Shown piece by piece: positions 1-12,883 of a DNA stretch of 64,000 bases. The notes below the pieces were generated by a model. That model made no database searches, was not told the DNA's origin, and saw only the letters and a list, made by a program, of their open reading frames with translations. The stretch comes from Psammoneis japonica (Eukaryota): the NCBI GenBank assembly GCA_008632985.1, contig QPGO01000020.1, positions 558,001 through 622,000 on the forward strand, in the 5' to 3' direction. A program made the translations under genes and the position numbers. Each line of letters begins with the position of its first letter. Within the stretch, counting starts at the first letter, position 1.

Positions 1-73
1 AGACTGCACAGAGATCCCGAAGGAGCTCATTGCAGCACAGCACAAGGTCACTCTTTGTCTGGACAGCCTCAAG

Positions 74-3000
74 GTGAATGGATTGCCATTCCTCACCACA
101 GTGTCACGAAACATTTTTCATCGCACGGCACAACCGCTCAAGGACTTGACCCAACCAACTCATCAAGAAGCTCTGGAAGATGTGCTGCGAGTCTACAACA
201 AGGCCGATTTGAAGGTCACACGCATTCATTGCGACAACGAATTCAGGCCCATTGGGAATGCACTAGAAGACAAGTTTGATCTCAAGGTGAGCTGCGCAAA
301 TGCTCAGGAGCATGTCCCACAAGCCGAAAGAAACAACCGAGTTATTCAAGAACGTGCCAGGGCAGTCTGTCATCAGCTGCCATTCAAGCATCTGCCAAAA
401 CTCATGGTCGAAGTCATGGTCACCGAAGCTGCTAAGAAGCTCAATTGTTTTCCAGCCAAGCACGGCGTTTCCAAACATTGCAGTCCAAGAATGATTCTCC
501 ATCAAAAGAATCTAGACTGTGACAAGAGCTGCAAGATCACGTTCGGCACTTGTGTGCAAGCTCACAACGACCCGGACCCCAAGAACACCCAAGAGTCACG
601 GACCTTAGATTGCATTTGTTTGCACCCCACTGACAGCAACCAGATTGGACATGAGTTGCTGCACTTGCAAACCGGCAAGAAGATCACTCATCGCAAGGTC
701 ACCCCTGTGCCCATCACTCCCGCCATCATGAAGCAGGTTCATCGTTTGGCTGAAATGAACAAGATGCCCAACGGTCTCAAGATTCAGAGCCGCACTGGAG
801 CTGTTTTGTATGACAGTGCTTGGCTTGCAGGAGTGGATTATGATGAAGATCAATTTGAAGACGAAGGTTGTGATCTAGAAGAAGACATTGAAGGCTGAAG
901 ACGATGAGGAAGAAGAGCTAGACTGGGGAGACTATGACAGAGTTAGTCAAGAAGAGCTGCAAGACACAATTCGGGAACAAGAATTGGATGAAGAAGCCAG
1001 CTGCATCAGTTAACAACAAGACGAGACTCAAGAAGAAACCTCCAATGATGAGCATCTCGGAGACAATGACGAAGTTGGTTCTCAACCATCAGACGGCAGC
1101 GGAATCTCACAAGAAATCGATGACATGATTGACCACATTGATGAACAACAGAGGCTGGAACAAGAGAAGGAACACTCTCCGGAAGTGCAAGAGATCATCG
1201 ACGAAATGAAAGACCTGGAATCTGATGACGAATCTGGAGAGGAGCAGAGTGAAACCAAAGAAAGTGTCCAAGAAGAGCCTGTTGCTACATCCAGGGCAGG
1301 AAGGACTCTCAAACCTCCAGTTAGATTGGGAGACTGCCAATGCCATCTGCAGACTCAAGCCCATTCACAAGAAGAAGCGTGCAGCTTGGAGACGGCCAGA
1401 ATCATGGCCATGACAATGTGCCAGTGGAACGAAAAGGTTAGCATGATTTCCACTGATGAAGAAGCACACCAATTTATTCAGACTTGCAGCTTGGCACGAG
1501 GACTCCAGAAGTTTGGAGAAGAAGGCCACAAGTCGGCAGTGTTAGAGCTGAAGCAAATCCATGACAGAGTGGTTTTCAAACCCATTCACATCAAGGACAT
1601 GACTCCACTGGAGAGGAAGAGAGCCATGGAGAGCCTCATGTTTCTCACAGAGAAGAGAGATGGACGAATCAAGTCAAGGTTGTGTGCAAACGGAAGCACG
1701 CAACGAGAGTGCATGGACCGAGATGAAACCGCCAGTCCGACAGCATCAACAGAATCCATTCTCATTGCAGGAGTGATCAATGCCAAGCAAGGCAGAGACG
1801 TCATGACGGCAGACATTCCAAACGCATTTGTGCAAACGGACATCGAGGTCAAGGATGAAAAGATCATCATGAAGATCCGTGGAAGGATGGTGGACATGTT
1901 GCTGGAATTGGATCCAGACACTTGCCAGGACTGCGTCGTGTGCGAAGGCAAACACAAGGTTCTCTACGTTGAAATGTTGAAGGCACTCTACGGAATGCTG
2001 GTGTCTTCCATTCTTTGTCACAAGAAGTTCCGCAGAGACATCGAAGGAATCGGATTTGAGATTTGATCCTTGTGATCCATGTGTCGCCAACCACATCGTG
2101 AATGGAAAACAACACACGGTGACATGGCATGTGGATGATTTGAAGTCCAGCCACGTTGACAGCAAGGTCAATGATGAATTCAAGATTTGGTTGGACAAAA
2201 CTCATGCGGATGAGATCGGAAAGGTCAAAGTCACGCGTGGAAAGAGGCATGACTGTCTAGCCATGACTCTAGATCACTCCATTCCAGGAGCATTGCAAGT
2301 TGACATGGTGCTTTGTGTGCAAGAAATGGTCAAGGAATTCTTCAAGAAATTCCCAGAAGAATTGTCGGGTGACGTGGATTGCCCGTGGAGCGAGAAGCTC
2401 AACAAGGTGGATGAGACAGCCAAGAAATTAGATCTCAAGCATGCTCAAGCATTTTGCACTTTTGTGATGAAGGGCATGTTTGTGTGCAAGAGAGCCAGAC
2501 AGGACATTCAGCCTGGCATTGCTTTTCTCTCTACCAGGGTCAAGGATCCGAATGAATCGGACTGGCCAAAGCTGGTAAGGCTCATGAATTTCCTCAAGAC
2601 AACCCAGCTTGATGTCGCAGTCATGTCGGCTGGAGACAAAGTTGTCATCGAGTGGCACACGGATGCCGCATTTGCAGTCCATCCGGACCATAAAAGTCAC
2701 ACAGGTTCTGCCATGACCCTTGGAAAAGGTGTCATTACATCAGTCAGCACGAAGCAGAAGATCAACACCAGGAGTTCTACGGAAGCAGAGATCGCCGCAG
2801 GAGACGATGTTTTGGCAAAGGTCCTTTGGACCAAGCGTTTCATTGAAGCTCAAGGTTTTGAAGTCGAGCGTAACATCATGCATCGAGACAATCAAAGTTG
2901 CATGAAACTAGAACAAAATGGAAAGGCCAGCTCGGGCAAACGCACGAGGCATTTCAACATCAAGCATTTTTACATCACCGACCTCATCAAGCGAGGAGAA

Positions 3001-3255
3001 CTTGAGATCAAGTTCTGCCCAACAGACAAGATGATGGCAGATTACATGACCAAACCAGTGGTTGGTAAAAAGTTCATTACTGATCGTCAAGCCATCATGA
3101 ACATCCAAGTGCCTAAGATGGTCAAATTTGGAAATGGCAAGAATCTTGTCATTGGTCAGCAGGAGTGTGTTGGAAATGGTGAATTAAAAGTTCAAACACC
3201 GAAATTAGATAGCGCGAAGAAGACGTATGCGTCAGCGCTCATGTGCTCTACGTGA
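74..3255 (+). pseudogene. pol: copia pol (IN-RT-RNase H), frameshifted near 895 and 2060, many Tyr->Cys/His changes
   Basis: ORFs 74-898, 1125-2066 and 2056-3255 carry successive pol motifs in different frames. Confidence 0.92.
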
Positions 3256-3405
3256 GGCACTGAAACTGCCGATGAAAGCAGTCATTATTCTCTTTTAACT
3301 CTTAGAAAGTATTGTGATAACAAGCTTGTCTATTTTAGCCTCAGGATCAGACCTTAGAGGACTGAGGTGGCTCTGAAATAGTCACCAGAAGGATAAATTA
3401 CAACA
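3168..3405 (+). repeat. 3' LTR of the first copia element
   Basis: Starts TGTTG after CAGCAGGAGTG (polypurine tract, PPT) and ends CAACA, giving a terminal inverted repeat. The partner LTR is outside the window. Confidence 0.7.
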
Positions 3406-4876
3406 CCCCGTGCCGCTCATAAGTCGCCTCTCTAGTCTCTAGCCGACGGTAGCTACAGTGCTGTAGAGCGGGTCTCTCTAGTGACAGAGGAGGTTAGCGC
3501 CACCTCTGATTATTAACATCGAAAGGATCTCGATGCGTCTTGGAAAGCTGACATTTGTCCTTCATTTTAGTCCATCGTAAACTGCTTCAAAATCATTCAA
3601 GAGAACTTTGGTTTTACGTAGCTACGTGTACAGTAGGACCCTGCTATTCTTATGGCTGCCCAACTCGCTTTCATGCACCAACTAACTAGATTGTTAAAGT
3701 GCCGCTAAATGAACCACCAGTGCAGACTACGGGCTCCCTCGAAACGGTATCCCTCGATCGAAGCGAGTCCGGCTCTGACCATTGCTCCCGCAACAAGCCT
3801 TTATGCACTTGCCTTTAGCCTGACGGCACGGAACAAGTCGCCGTCATACAGAATGAACTGTGCATTTCATTTCCACCCCTCTCTCTTTGGGCCACTGGCA
3901 GGAACACACAGTTCGTGGCATCTTCCTCCTTGATTTCGGTTCCCTTCTTATTCGCCTCGCTCGTTCGCTAACTAGATAGGACTCTTATAAGCAAAAACTT
4001 GCGAGTTCTAAATTGAGAAAGCTCTGCTTATAGACTGCCCTGGCCATTCAGAGATGGAGTTCGTGTAAATCTCGTCATCCAGCGGGTGCCCAGAACCTTG
4101 AAACATCCCGGCCAAAAATTGCTGATTTGAACCAGTGCATAGGAATGAGAATTTTGTTTACCAGACTCGTTTGACGTCCCCAATATGCCATTCTCCAGAG
4201 GAAAAACGCAAGCAAGCCGGTCATCTTATCCGTTCGGCTCTCTCAACCAAGTCAGGACCGAGAGTGACACAGTCGGAGTTCAAGTTGTAAGCGCGAAGGA
4301 AAACAACACAGATCTGCCTTGGTATTTTCTTCTGCAGCCACTTTTGGTGATGCCGTTTAAGTCCATGTAGGCTGAGCAAGTCAAAGTCGCATGTCAGCTG
4401 GGAGTTGATGATGCATTGCAGGTTCGCCATGTTTCGTTCGTTCGAGAGAGAGAGAAACGCAATGCATGCCAACGTGAGACAGACTCTCGGCTGACTTTTA
4501 TCAGACATTTCTTCATCATCCTCGCCCTCCGTCTTGCATGGAGAAGGACAACAACAGCGAAAGAAATCCCAAATCGACTTGGGGTAGCACATGGTTGTAA
4601 TTGGCTTATGCATTATTACTTTTGTGTGAATAAGCGCAAACTCCAAAACTCCACGATGCGAGAAGCGCCCCAACAATGCAAATACCGGCACTGCTACTAG
4701 CTACTCTCCAGCTAGCTAGAGAGCTAGATTGTCTAGACCATAGTATTCACTATTTACCGTACAGTGTGGTCCATCTGGAACTTGGCAATTCCCTCTCGAC
4801 TGAGGGCAATTCCCTCGCTACTGATTCAATATCTACAAGTGGTTATGGAAAGCTTTTACCTGCTCTGCAAACTCAT

Positions 4877-5902
4877 TCACAATTCTTCTTTCACTTTCTT
4901 CTCGTCCGAAGCGAAAAAGGGAATACGGCGACCGAGCTGCTTCTTGGTACCCTTTAGGATCTGCGCCCAATCAAGAGTTTTCTCCTTTGGCAAGGACTCC
5001 AAGTAGCTATCCGTATCTGGCTGGCCCAAAAGAAACTTTTCCCCGAGAGAAAGTGGCTTTGGATAAAAGAGATTGTAGAAACGCGTGAGAAGAGCAATAA
5101 CGAACGTTTCTATTGATCAAGCATGCTACTTACAGCAAAATGCGTACACATTCCATGTTGTATGTCGCACGTGGACAAGACCACCGGTGGGTTACCATTC
5201 TCACCGTGTTCCGCCACATACTTTCGCATCTTGGGGACAATCTAATTATCATAAGACCGACGTGACACGTGATTAGAAATCAAGAAAGACCGTGCGCCAA
5301 TAATGGCGTCAGTATCACAACCAGTCCAAGAGAAAAAGCAAAACGCTTACCTTATAGGACGCGACTACAGCAGACATGAAGCCATTGGTAAAAGGAAATT
5401 GTACAATTGCAGCCTTCACTGTGGGAAAAGACGTGGTTTCGTACGGCAAGAGGGGAATGAGATCGTCCACAGCTGTATCCTTCTGCTGTTCAATCGTAAG
5501 AACCACTGGCTTGTTGAGTCCGACAAGCTTCTTTTGCAAATCAGCATCCGGAGAGAGAATACCAGCGGCAAAGCGCTGGCGACTTCCACCCATTCGTGAT
5601 GGATCATCCAAGTAGATGTTGTACAGCTTATCCTGAAAATCCCTGGAATGAATATCGGCATCCTCGGCAATACCTCGCTGAAGGGCCATGGCCGCTGCAG
5701 AATCACGAGAGGTGTACTTGTAGATGAATTTGCCTCCACGAAACTCTCCTTCTTCAATCTCAACACCCTGAAGTACTCCAGAGGTAAACACAGAGTGCAG
5801 AAAAAAGACAGCCATGACGGTACAGATAATGAGGTACTGTTTCCGTCGCTGAGGCGAATCCCGAGGTTCGTTCATGGTCAATTCATGGTAGTTCATCAAC
5901 AT
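4877..5902 (-). CDS. TEX264-like GyrI-domain membrane protein, 3 exons, predicted C-terminal KEEL
   Basis: N-terminal TM helix and motifs YNIYLDDP, RFAAGIL and QFPFTNGFMSAVVASYK. GT donor at ~5350. Downstream exons IVPKMRKY..THFA and PLSLGEKFLLGQPD. One apparent frameshift near 4980 may be an assembly indel. Confidence 0.7.
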
Positions 5903-6229
5903 GATTGAAAAAATGAATTTCTTTGCTCGTGTAAGTCAAAACAAAATATATGCAAGATACTGGAAGAATGGAACAACCGAACACAACTCTCCAAACACAG
6001 GCTACTAATACTGTATCGTTCCTCTCTCGACTTTACTGGAGATGGCTGTCAAGGAAACTACAGCAGCAAACAACAAACTTCCAAACTGAAAACTGGAAAC
6101 GCATCAAATCATCATCCGCCCGACGACAAAACAAAATAATATGCAATTATCGGAGTTGAATGTCTATATTTGAGGGAAAATGCCGGTACCGCTCGCTCGA
6201 TGATGCGATGACTCACTCATCACATCATT

Positions 6230-9200
6230 TACGCACGCAATCATGGGCCATGGTTGGGGATGCAACACAGCGCCTTGTCGTGGAGACGACGAGTGGTTTT
6301 TCAAAGACTTGTTGCCCATGCCTCATGCCTGCGGCCTGGATCACTGCGACAGTCCAGCGCAACTGGCTGGCCTCTTGAGGATCCAAAGACTCTCATCATC
6401 AGAATCATCGCCATCAGAGTTTTCTCGCACACCGGCACTTTCTGGCTGGCTCTCAAGCTTCCTGGTGGTGTCGCTGAAGACCATGTCAAGGCCACAAGCA
6501 GTCATTTGGTGCTGCATGAAAAAGATGCATGGAATGACCATGGCTTCAGAAGCAACAAAGGCTGGCGGTTCTTGAAAAAAAAGGTTGCTGCTGATTTCTG
6601 TTTGGTGACCAAATGAGCCACAGACTGTGCGCTGGCAATGATGGAGCTTGGTCACACTGCAATCTGTTGATTGGATGGCAGCAAGGTCAGTGCAAGAATC
6701 ACAGCAGTGCAGCAGCCAAGAATCACAAGAAAACTGGGGCCACTTCTTCTCAGGCATGGAACTCAACATGGCGCAGCTTGAAGCTGTCAGTGTGTCCAAC
6801 TTGATGCACCGTTGAGAAAACTGTAAAGCTCATGCAATGCTGCTTGTGCACGGGCACAAAGTGCTGCAGCTGCTGGCTGGCTTGAAGTGTTTCTTGCTCT
6901 CAATCTTGGAAAGTGCTGTTGCAGCAAAAGACATGCAAGCTCCAGCTGCTTTCCGACGGTCGTTTGAGCTGACACACCCGCCCAATGTTTCAATGGCACA
7001 GGATTTGGTTGCAAAAGAGGATTGTTTGCATGTCATTGACTGAGCTTTCTTCTGTTGGACTTGCTCTCAACAACTTGCTTGTTCTTTTCTTTGAAGAACT
7101 TCATCAGCTGTTGAAAGGTGTTTTGAAGCAGCAAGAAAGCCTCTGCCCCATGCCCCATGTTCATTTTGATTTGGGTGTTGGGCATGCTTGCACATGTCCA
7201 AGACAAACAAGCTGCAATCAGAGTTGCTTGAGAGACACACTCCAGGCAGCATGCTTGGCATTGGAGCAACAGCGGTCATTTGAGATGGCTGCCAGTGATC
7301 ACAACTGAAGCTTTGAAGATTCCCCATCTGAGCTGGTGGTTTGTCTCACAGTGACACCACTCAATTGGTCTTGATGGCACACATGGCTTGAGGTTGTCAT
7401 TTTCGACTTTGCCTCCAGTTGGCAGCTTTCCTCCACACAACATTGACAAGCTTGGCATGCAGTGCCAGAGGCACAAATCATGTTGGAAGAAGCCAAGTTG
7501 GTCATGTGGCAAATGACTGTCAAGACTCCGCACTCATCACCTCTCTGCAACCGGCCTCACTTGATGCTTGATGGACTGAATGCATGCATCATGCAAGCAC
7601 CAAGTCAGCATGAAATGCAGTGCAATGAAGGGCTGGTGTGGCAATGATCTCATTCATTCGAGAAAGAGCACGAGGTGACTTGACAACGCTTTGCATCAAA
7701 AACAGCAGCTGGCTGCTGATGAAGCCACTGTGAAATGCCCAGTCCCAAGATTTTTGACAGGATTGGAACAGGATTTAGGTGCGCGCAAAATGTCGTGCGC
7801 TGTTCAGTTTACCGTGCACAGTTTTGTGTGCTTCAGTTCCGCGCGTTCGCGCGCTGTGCAGTTTGCTTTCGAGCCACAAGGCTCACAAGAATGACAACAG
7901 CAGCCCGATCACACCGACTCACACGTCTTTCGGCTCCTGCAACGGTCTCTGAGTGGAGACTCATCTGCCATTTAGACAGCAGCAAGGAGTTGTTGTTTGA
8001 ATTCTTGCCATTTGCCTTCAATTTCTGTCAGATTGACAGTCTTGCTCATTGTCAACCCATTGAGCAACCGCCATCGTCGTCGTTGATTTGCCGACGATGC
8101 CGTTTCAATTCTGCGTGGACCTCCGTGTGTGTTCTACGTACATCGGCAAGTCTGCGCGCATTCAATGCCAGGCATCGGCAGGAAGTTAACGTCACCGTCA
8201 AGTCTCCTCACCGCTGGACATCTGGGCTGATCATGCCACCTTTTGTCGCTAAAGACACACATTCAATTTTGGACAATGCTGCTGTTGCCTCCAGCTTGGA
8301 CACATGTCCAACAAGCAGATGCTGCCTCAGCTGCTTCATTCGTCATCAGCTGCATTTGACAAACAGTGGTTGGCTGCGCCAACTGGTTTGTTTGCTCATT
8401 CAAAAGTGAGAGACAGACAGACAGAGACAGCCACAACAACCAGTGTCATGACCAACATCACAGCCAAGCCAACAGCAGGCACACCCACACAAGCATGGCA
8501 CCTTTCTTTCTTGCCACTTGCAATGCACAAAGTCATCTCTCAGAATGGGGGTGGCTGAAGTCTCAAAGAGAAGTGTGAGTCACAAAGCATGACTCTGCAA
8601 GATGGCTGCAATCACAAATGAGTCAAACAGATCTTCAAACACTGTGGGATGTGGAGAAGAACACATCTGGTTGAAATTGGGGCTGATGACCCACAGAGGA
8701 GCATTGAACCCACTGGAGGGTTTTCAAATGTGAGAGACACTCAAAGAGCCACTCAAGTTGTCTGAAAGCACCTTGCAACTTTCATGAAAAAGGCTTTTTC
8801 CATCATGCACATCATCTTGGCCCAATGCTCAGACAACACAAGCACTCAAAAAGTGCGTTAGCTGGCAACTCAACAACTGCTCCATTTGACCTGTGCAAGC
8901 ATTCAATGCACATGCAAAAAGTGAATTTGCTGGCTGTGGCAGTGTGACCCCATCAGAGCCATGGGCCACTTTGAAAGGCAGTGGTTGTTTTTGATGTGTT
9001 CCAACAGCCTCAGGTGGGAGCTTGCAGTGCTGGGGTGTGACACAAACATTTTTTTGCAATGTGCTGCATGTCAAGCATGTGCACTGTGCATTTTTTAGTG
9101 GGCTCTTCCACAGAATTGCTCTGCACTCCCTGCTTTTCAAAGCCTGGTGATCATTGGTGCATTCATCACCTGACAATTTGCTGTGGAGCTTGCACGCAGA

Positions 9201-9734
9201 ATTTTTGCAGGCTCAGCAGCATCACAGCAGGAATTGCCACCCACCAGCACATCTGGGTCACATCATCGCACCTTGAGACAACTTCCAAAGACATGCGCAA
9301 CCAAGTGCACAGAGGAAAACAGGCCCACATGGCAATGGTGTGCCGACATCATTCAACAACTCAGCACTGGCAGAAGATCCAGCTTGCAACGAGAACAAGA
9401 TGATCAACTCACGGTGCCTTCAAAGCAACCATGGCAGCAAAGATGACGATGTGCTTCAAAGAGTCCAGTGGAAATTTTTGTGTCCTCCTTGCAACAAAAT
9501 GAGCGAACTGATTCAAACTTCACTTTTTCCCTGTGAACGGGATGACTTTCATAAAAGGACCTCACAAAAATGAGTGCAAAAATGGTGGTCATGCAGAGAT
9601 GATGCTGCAGTGTGCACAAGTGCCAAAGCCATGTCTCTTGTCTGCACAAAGCAGCAATGGCTCGGAGGCATTGCCCGCACCAGCAACAAGCACTTGCACC
9701 GGCAACAAGTGCGCACACCAGCAAAAAGCAGGCA
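6230..9734. repeat. TpA-depleted hypermutated repeat/TE remnant, family unidentified
   Basis: TA is nearly absent and TG/CA is abundant. Overlapping Cys/His/Gln-rich ORFs occur in all frames. Confidence 0.6.
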
Positions 9735-12493
9735 ATGAACTTGCCCCACCGGCATGTGTTTGATCCTGCTCTCCAGGCTTCTCTCTTTCGGTTTGGCTTC
9801 CCGGGCTGTAGGGTCGAATCGAGAACAGGCTGTGGAGAACACAAAGTACACTCTGAACTACAAAGTGCAACTTTAGCATGACACTGCATGTGCCATTGAT
9901 CCCACTTTATGCTTCTCTCCCTGAATTCGATTCCCTTGGCTACAACTAGGGTCGATTGCTTCCGTGACGCCAATCGGGAACGGGCCACAGCCAAAAACGC
10001 GAGGCTGTGGGCAGCATGCGGATCTAGCCTCTCTAGGCAGCAATGGTTGTGTTTGGCAATAAAAAGATTGTATTGGGATCCATTAATTTGAACGAGACGA
10101 TTGAAAAGCTGCATGAACAACAAAGTTCTGTGTTTGTTCTAGACGCCACAGAATGCTTTCCATCTTTTATTGCCACAGAGAGGAGCCGCCATCCTTCCTG
10201 GCGCATAGACAGAACCATTCCGTGACGCCAACACTCACCTCATTCTTTTCATTCTTCCACAATTCATTCTCCGCGTCCGAAACAAGCAAGGGCTTGGTTC
10301 ATTGACTGCCGCGGGTCTCGAGCAAATGCAGAGTCGTCATGTCGTTGAAGCACCAATCTTGCCTGGTGCACATTTTGTTCCGGAAAACACAAGTCGCGGG
10401 GTGGGACCCACTGTCACTTGAACCTTGGTATTTCAACAAAGACTGACTGCCGCATCGTTCAAGTCGGGTGGTTGAACCGGTGTGAGGGTGCATTTCTATG
10501 TCGACAAAATGAAGGGGAAAAGCAATGTCAGCAAACAAATCTCGAATGAAAAGCAAAATAGACACGAAATCGACTTACATTGGGGGTGCATTCGAATGTA
10601 GCGTAGCACAACGAGCGCACCCCATGGCATTTGAACTGCACGACAAACTCGTGCAATGTTGGCGAGTCTTTGATGCGCACAAAAGCTGCACTGCACCATG
10701 AAATGGAACCAAGAGATGCCCCCATGCATGCTCCATGTCCAAGAGTACAAAACAAGCAGTTAATGAGTCTAGCGGCGACTCATGATCCTTGCGGATCTAC
10801 ACACGACACACCCAGCATTAGACGAAAGAAAGACGCTGCCCGTTGCTCCACCGAGCCCAGGCAAGCGTCTCAAAGAGACAGGACGGGCTGCTTTCTCCTC
10901 GTTTCTCGCAGCAACAACAACAATGCCCACAGGATCGACGTTTTCGTCTGGAAACTCCGCGTTCTCCACGTCTTGATCCTCTCCTTCTGGCATGATGTCA
11001 TGTTGCACTAACCCATCGTCGACAGGATCCTCCGAATCATCCATCGGCATTTCCACGTCTGGTGGATCATTCAAGGCATCATCAGGCTCCTCGTCAGCTG
11101 CTGGAACGACTTCCCCCAAGGGTTCCGCTTCACCCTCTCCTTCTGGAACAATGTCATGTTGCAGCAACCCGACGCCCAAAGGATCCTCCGAATCGTCCAT
11201 CGGCACTTCCACGTCTGGTGGAGCATCCAAAGCATCGTCTGGCTCCTCACGCACTTCAACAACTGCATCCACCGGAACAACTTCCTCCTCGGCAACAGGA
11301 TCATCATCAAAAGCAATGGCAGGATCAGCAATGGGTTCCTCAACCACTGCAACTCCGAAAATGGCCTCGACCGGTTCAATTGCCGCTGGAGTCCGTACCC
11401 ATCCACGCCAGTGATCACATCTTGGGTGCGATTGACATCCATGAATGTACAGGTTTTGTTTCGAGTCAAACTCAAGCAGCGCCGCAGTCAACTGCTGATC
11501 ATTCAGGAGGGGAAGAACCCGAGTGTAACGTGGACGTCGAAGAACAGGTTTAGCAACCACGCCAGTTGGGATTGGAGGAAGGTCACCGACAAAGACATTC
11601 TTGATCAGGTCTTCATCCGGCAGCCATCCTAAAAGCCGCTGATGATGCTGCCGAGCCAGCTTGTCATGCTTCTCGTCGATTCGTCTCAATGCAACGTTCA
11701 ATGTCTGACCCGACAGCACTGGAATCTTGGTCGTGTGCTTTGGATGTCGAAGAACTTTTGGAGCAACCACGCCGGTTGGGACTGGAGGAGAGTCGCCAAC
11801 GACAATGCCTTGAACAAGCATTCGGTCCGGTCTCCATCTGATCCGACCGCTGCCACATGCTTTGCGCTTGGCGTCGTCAACAGCTGCTGCAGAATCGTCC
11901 AATGCTTCAGCCACAGGTTCCTTTACTGCGGCAACAGGAACGCCCACCTCCACATCGACTGGAGCATCGTCAACATCCACAGCAGGCTCGTTCAAGGCAT
12001 CCCAAGGATCAACAGTGTCATCAGCTTCAGGAGCTACATCCTCCACCGCAGTGGGATTGTTGCCCATGGCATCAGCTGGTTCAATGGCCGCTGGAGTCCG
12101 TTCCCATCCACGCCAGTGATCACATCTTAGGTGCGATTGACACTCACGAATGCATTGGTCCTGCTTCCATTCAAACTCACGCAGAGCTGCAGCCAATCGC
12201 TGTTCATCCAATGCGGGTGTTGCACGAGTGCATTGAGGGATCCGAAGTCCTCGCGGAGCAACCACGCCGGTTGGGACTGGAGGAGTGTCACCAACGTCAA
12301 TGCCTTGAACAAGCATTCGGTCCGGTCTCCATCTGATCCGACCGCGACAAAATGGCTCACGCTTCAAGAGCAGCAGCCATGGGGATAAAAATTGCAAGGG
12401 AACATATACGGCATAATGCATGGTCCATACAACCACTGCAACCGCAAGAATGGCCGCAACAGCATCGCACGCTCGATCATAAAGAAGAGTCGT

Positions 12494-12840
12494 TGTGGGA
12501 AAGTAGCCAGAATTCTAAGATTCGTCTGCACTTTCAGTGGTCAAAAGCTGCAATTGCGATACAACAATCAATCAGTAACTTTATTGTACCAAAAGTTGAG
12601 AGGTGATAATCAGTACGTTAGAAAGATTATGAGCAGTTTTTATGAGCAGATGCAGCTGCCATCTAAAGGAAACGCGAAGTTAAACAAGCGCGAAGCTAGG
12701 AACAAATATCGCATTCGTGACTCGGCTTCCGCGGGATTCGAGACTGAGCATCGCACACGGGGTTCGAATCTTGGATCTCTGATTGGAATCGTGGAGGTCC
12801 GATGTTGTTGTAAAAACATGCAAATATGAATATTGTCACA
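12494..12840 (-). repeat. 3' LTR (largely unmutated)
   Basis: Direct repeat of 18655-19001. Preceded on the minus strand by PPT TTGAAGGGAG (12841-12850). Confidence 0.95.
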
Positions 12841-12883
12841 CTCCCTTCAACAATGTCGGGTGGAATGATGACTCGAAAACGTC

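Larger units (their letters stand above)
1..3405 (+). mobile_element. Ty1/copia LTR retrotransposon (CoDi-like), 5' part outside window, degenerate and hypermutated
   Basis: Domain order is integrase (EHVPQAERNNRVIQER), acidic linker, RT (KSRLCANGS, ADIPNAFVQT, WHVDDLK), RNase H (TDAAFAVH, SSTEAE, DNQS, ADYMTKP), then a purine tract and a TG..CA LTR. Confidence 0.95.

Noticed and set aside
4221..4691. 156-aa ORF
   Set aside because: No recognisable motifs, so it cannot be supported.
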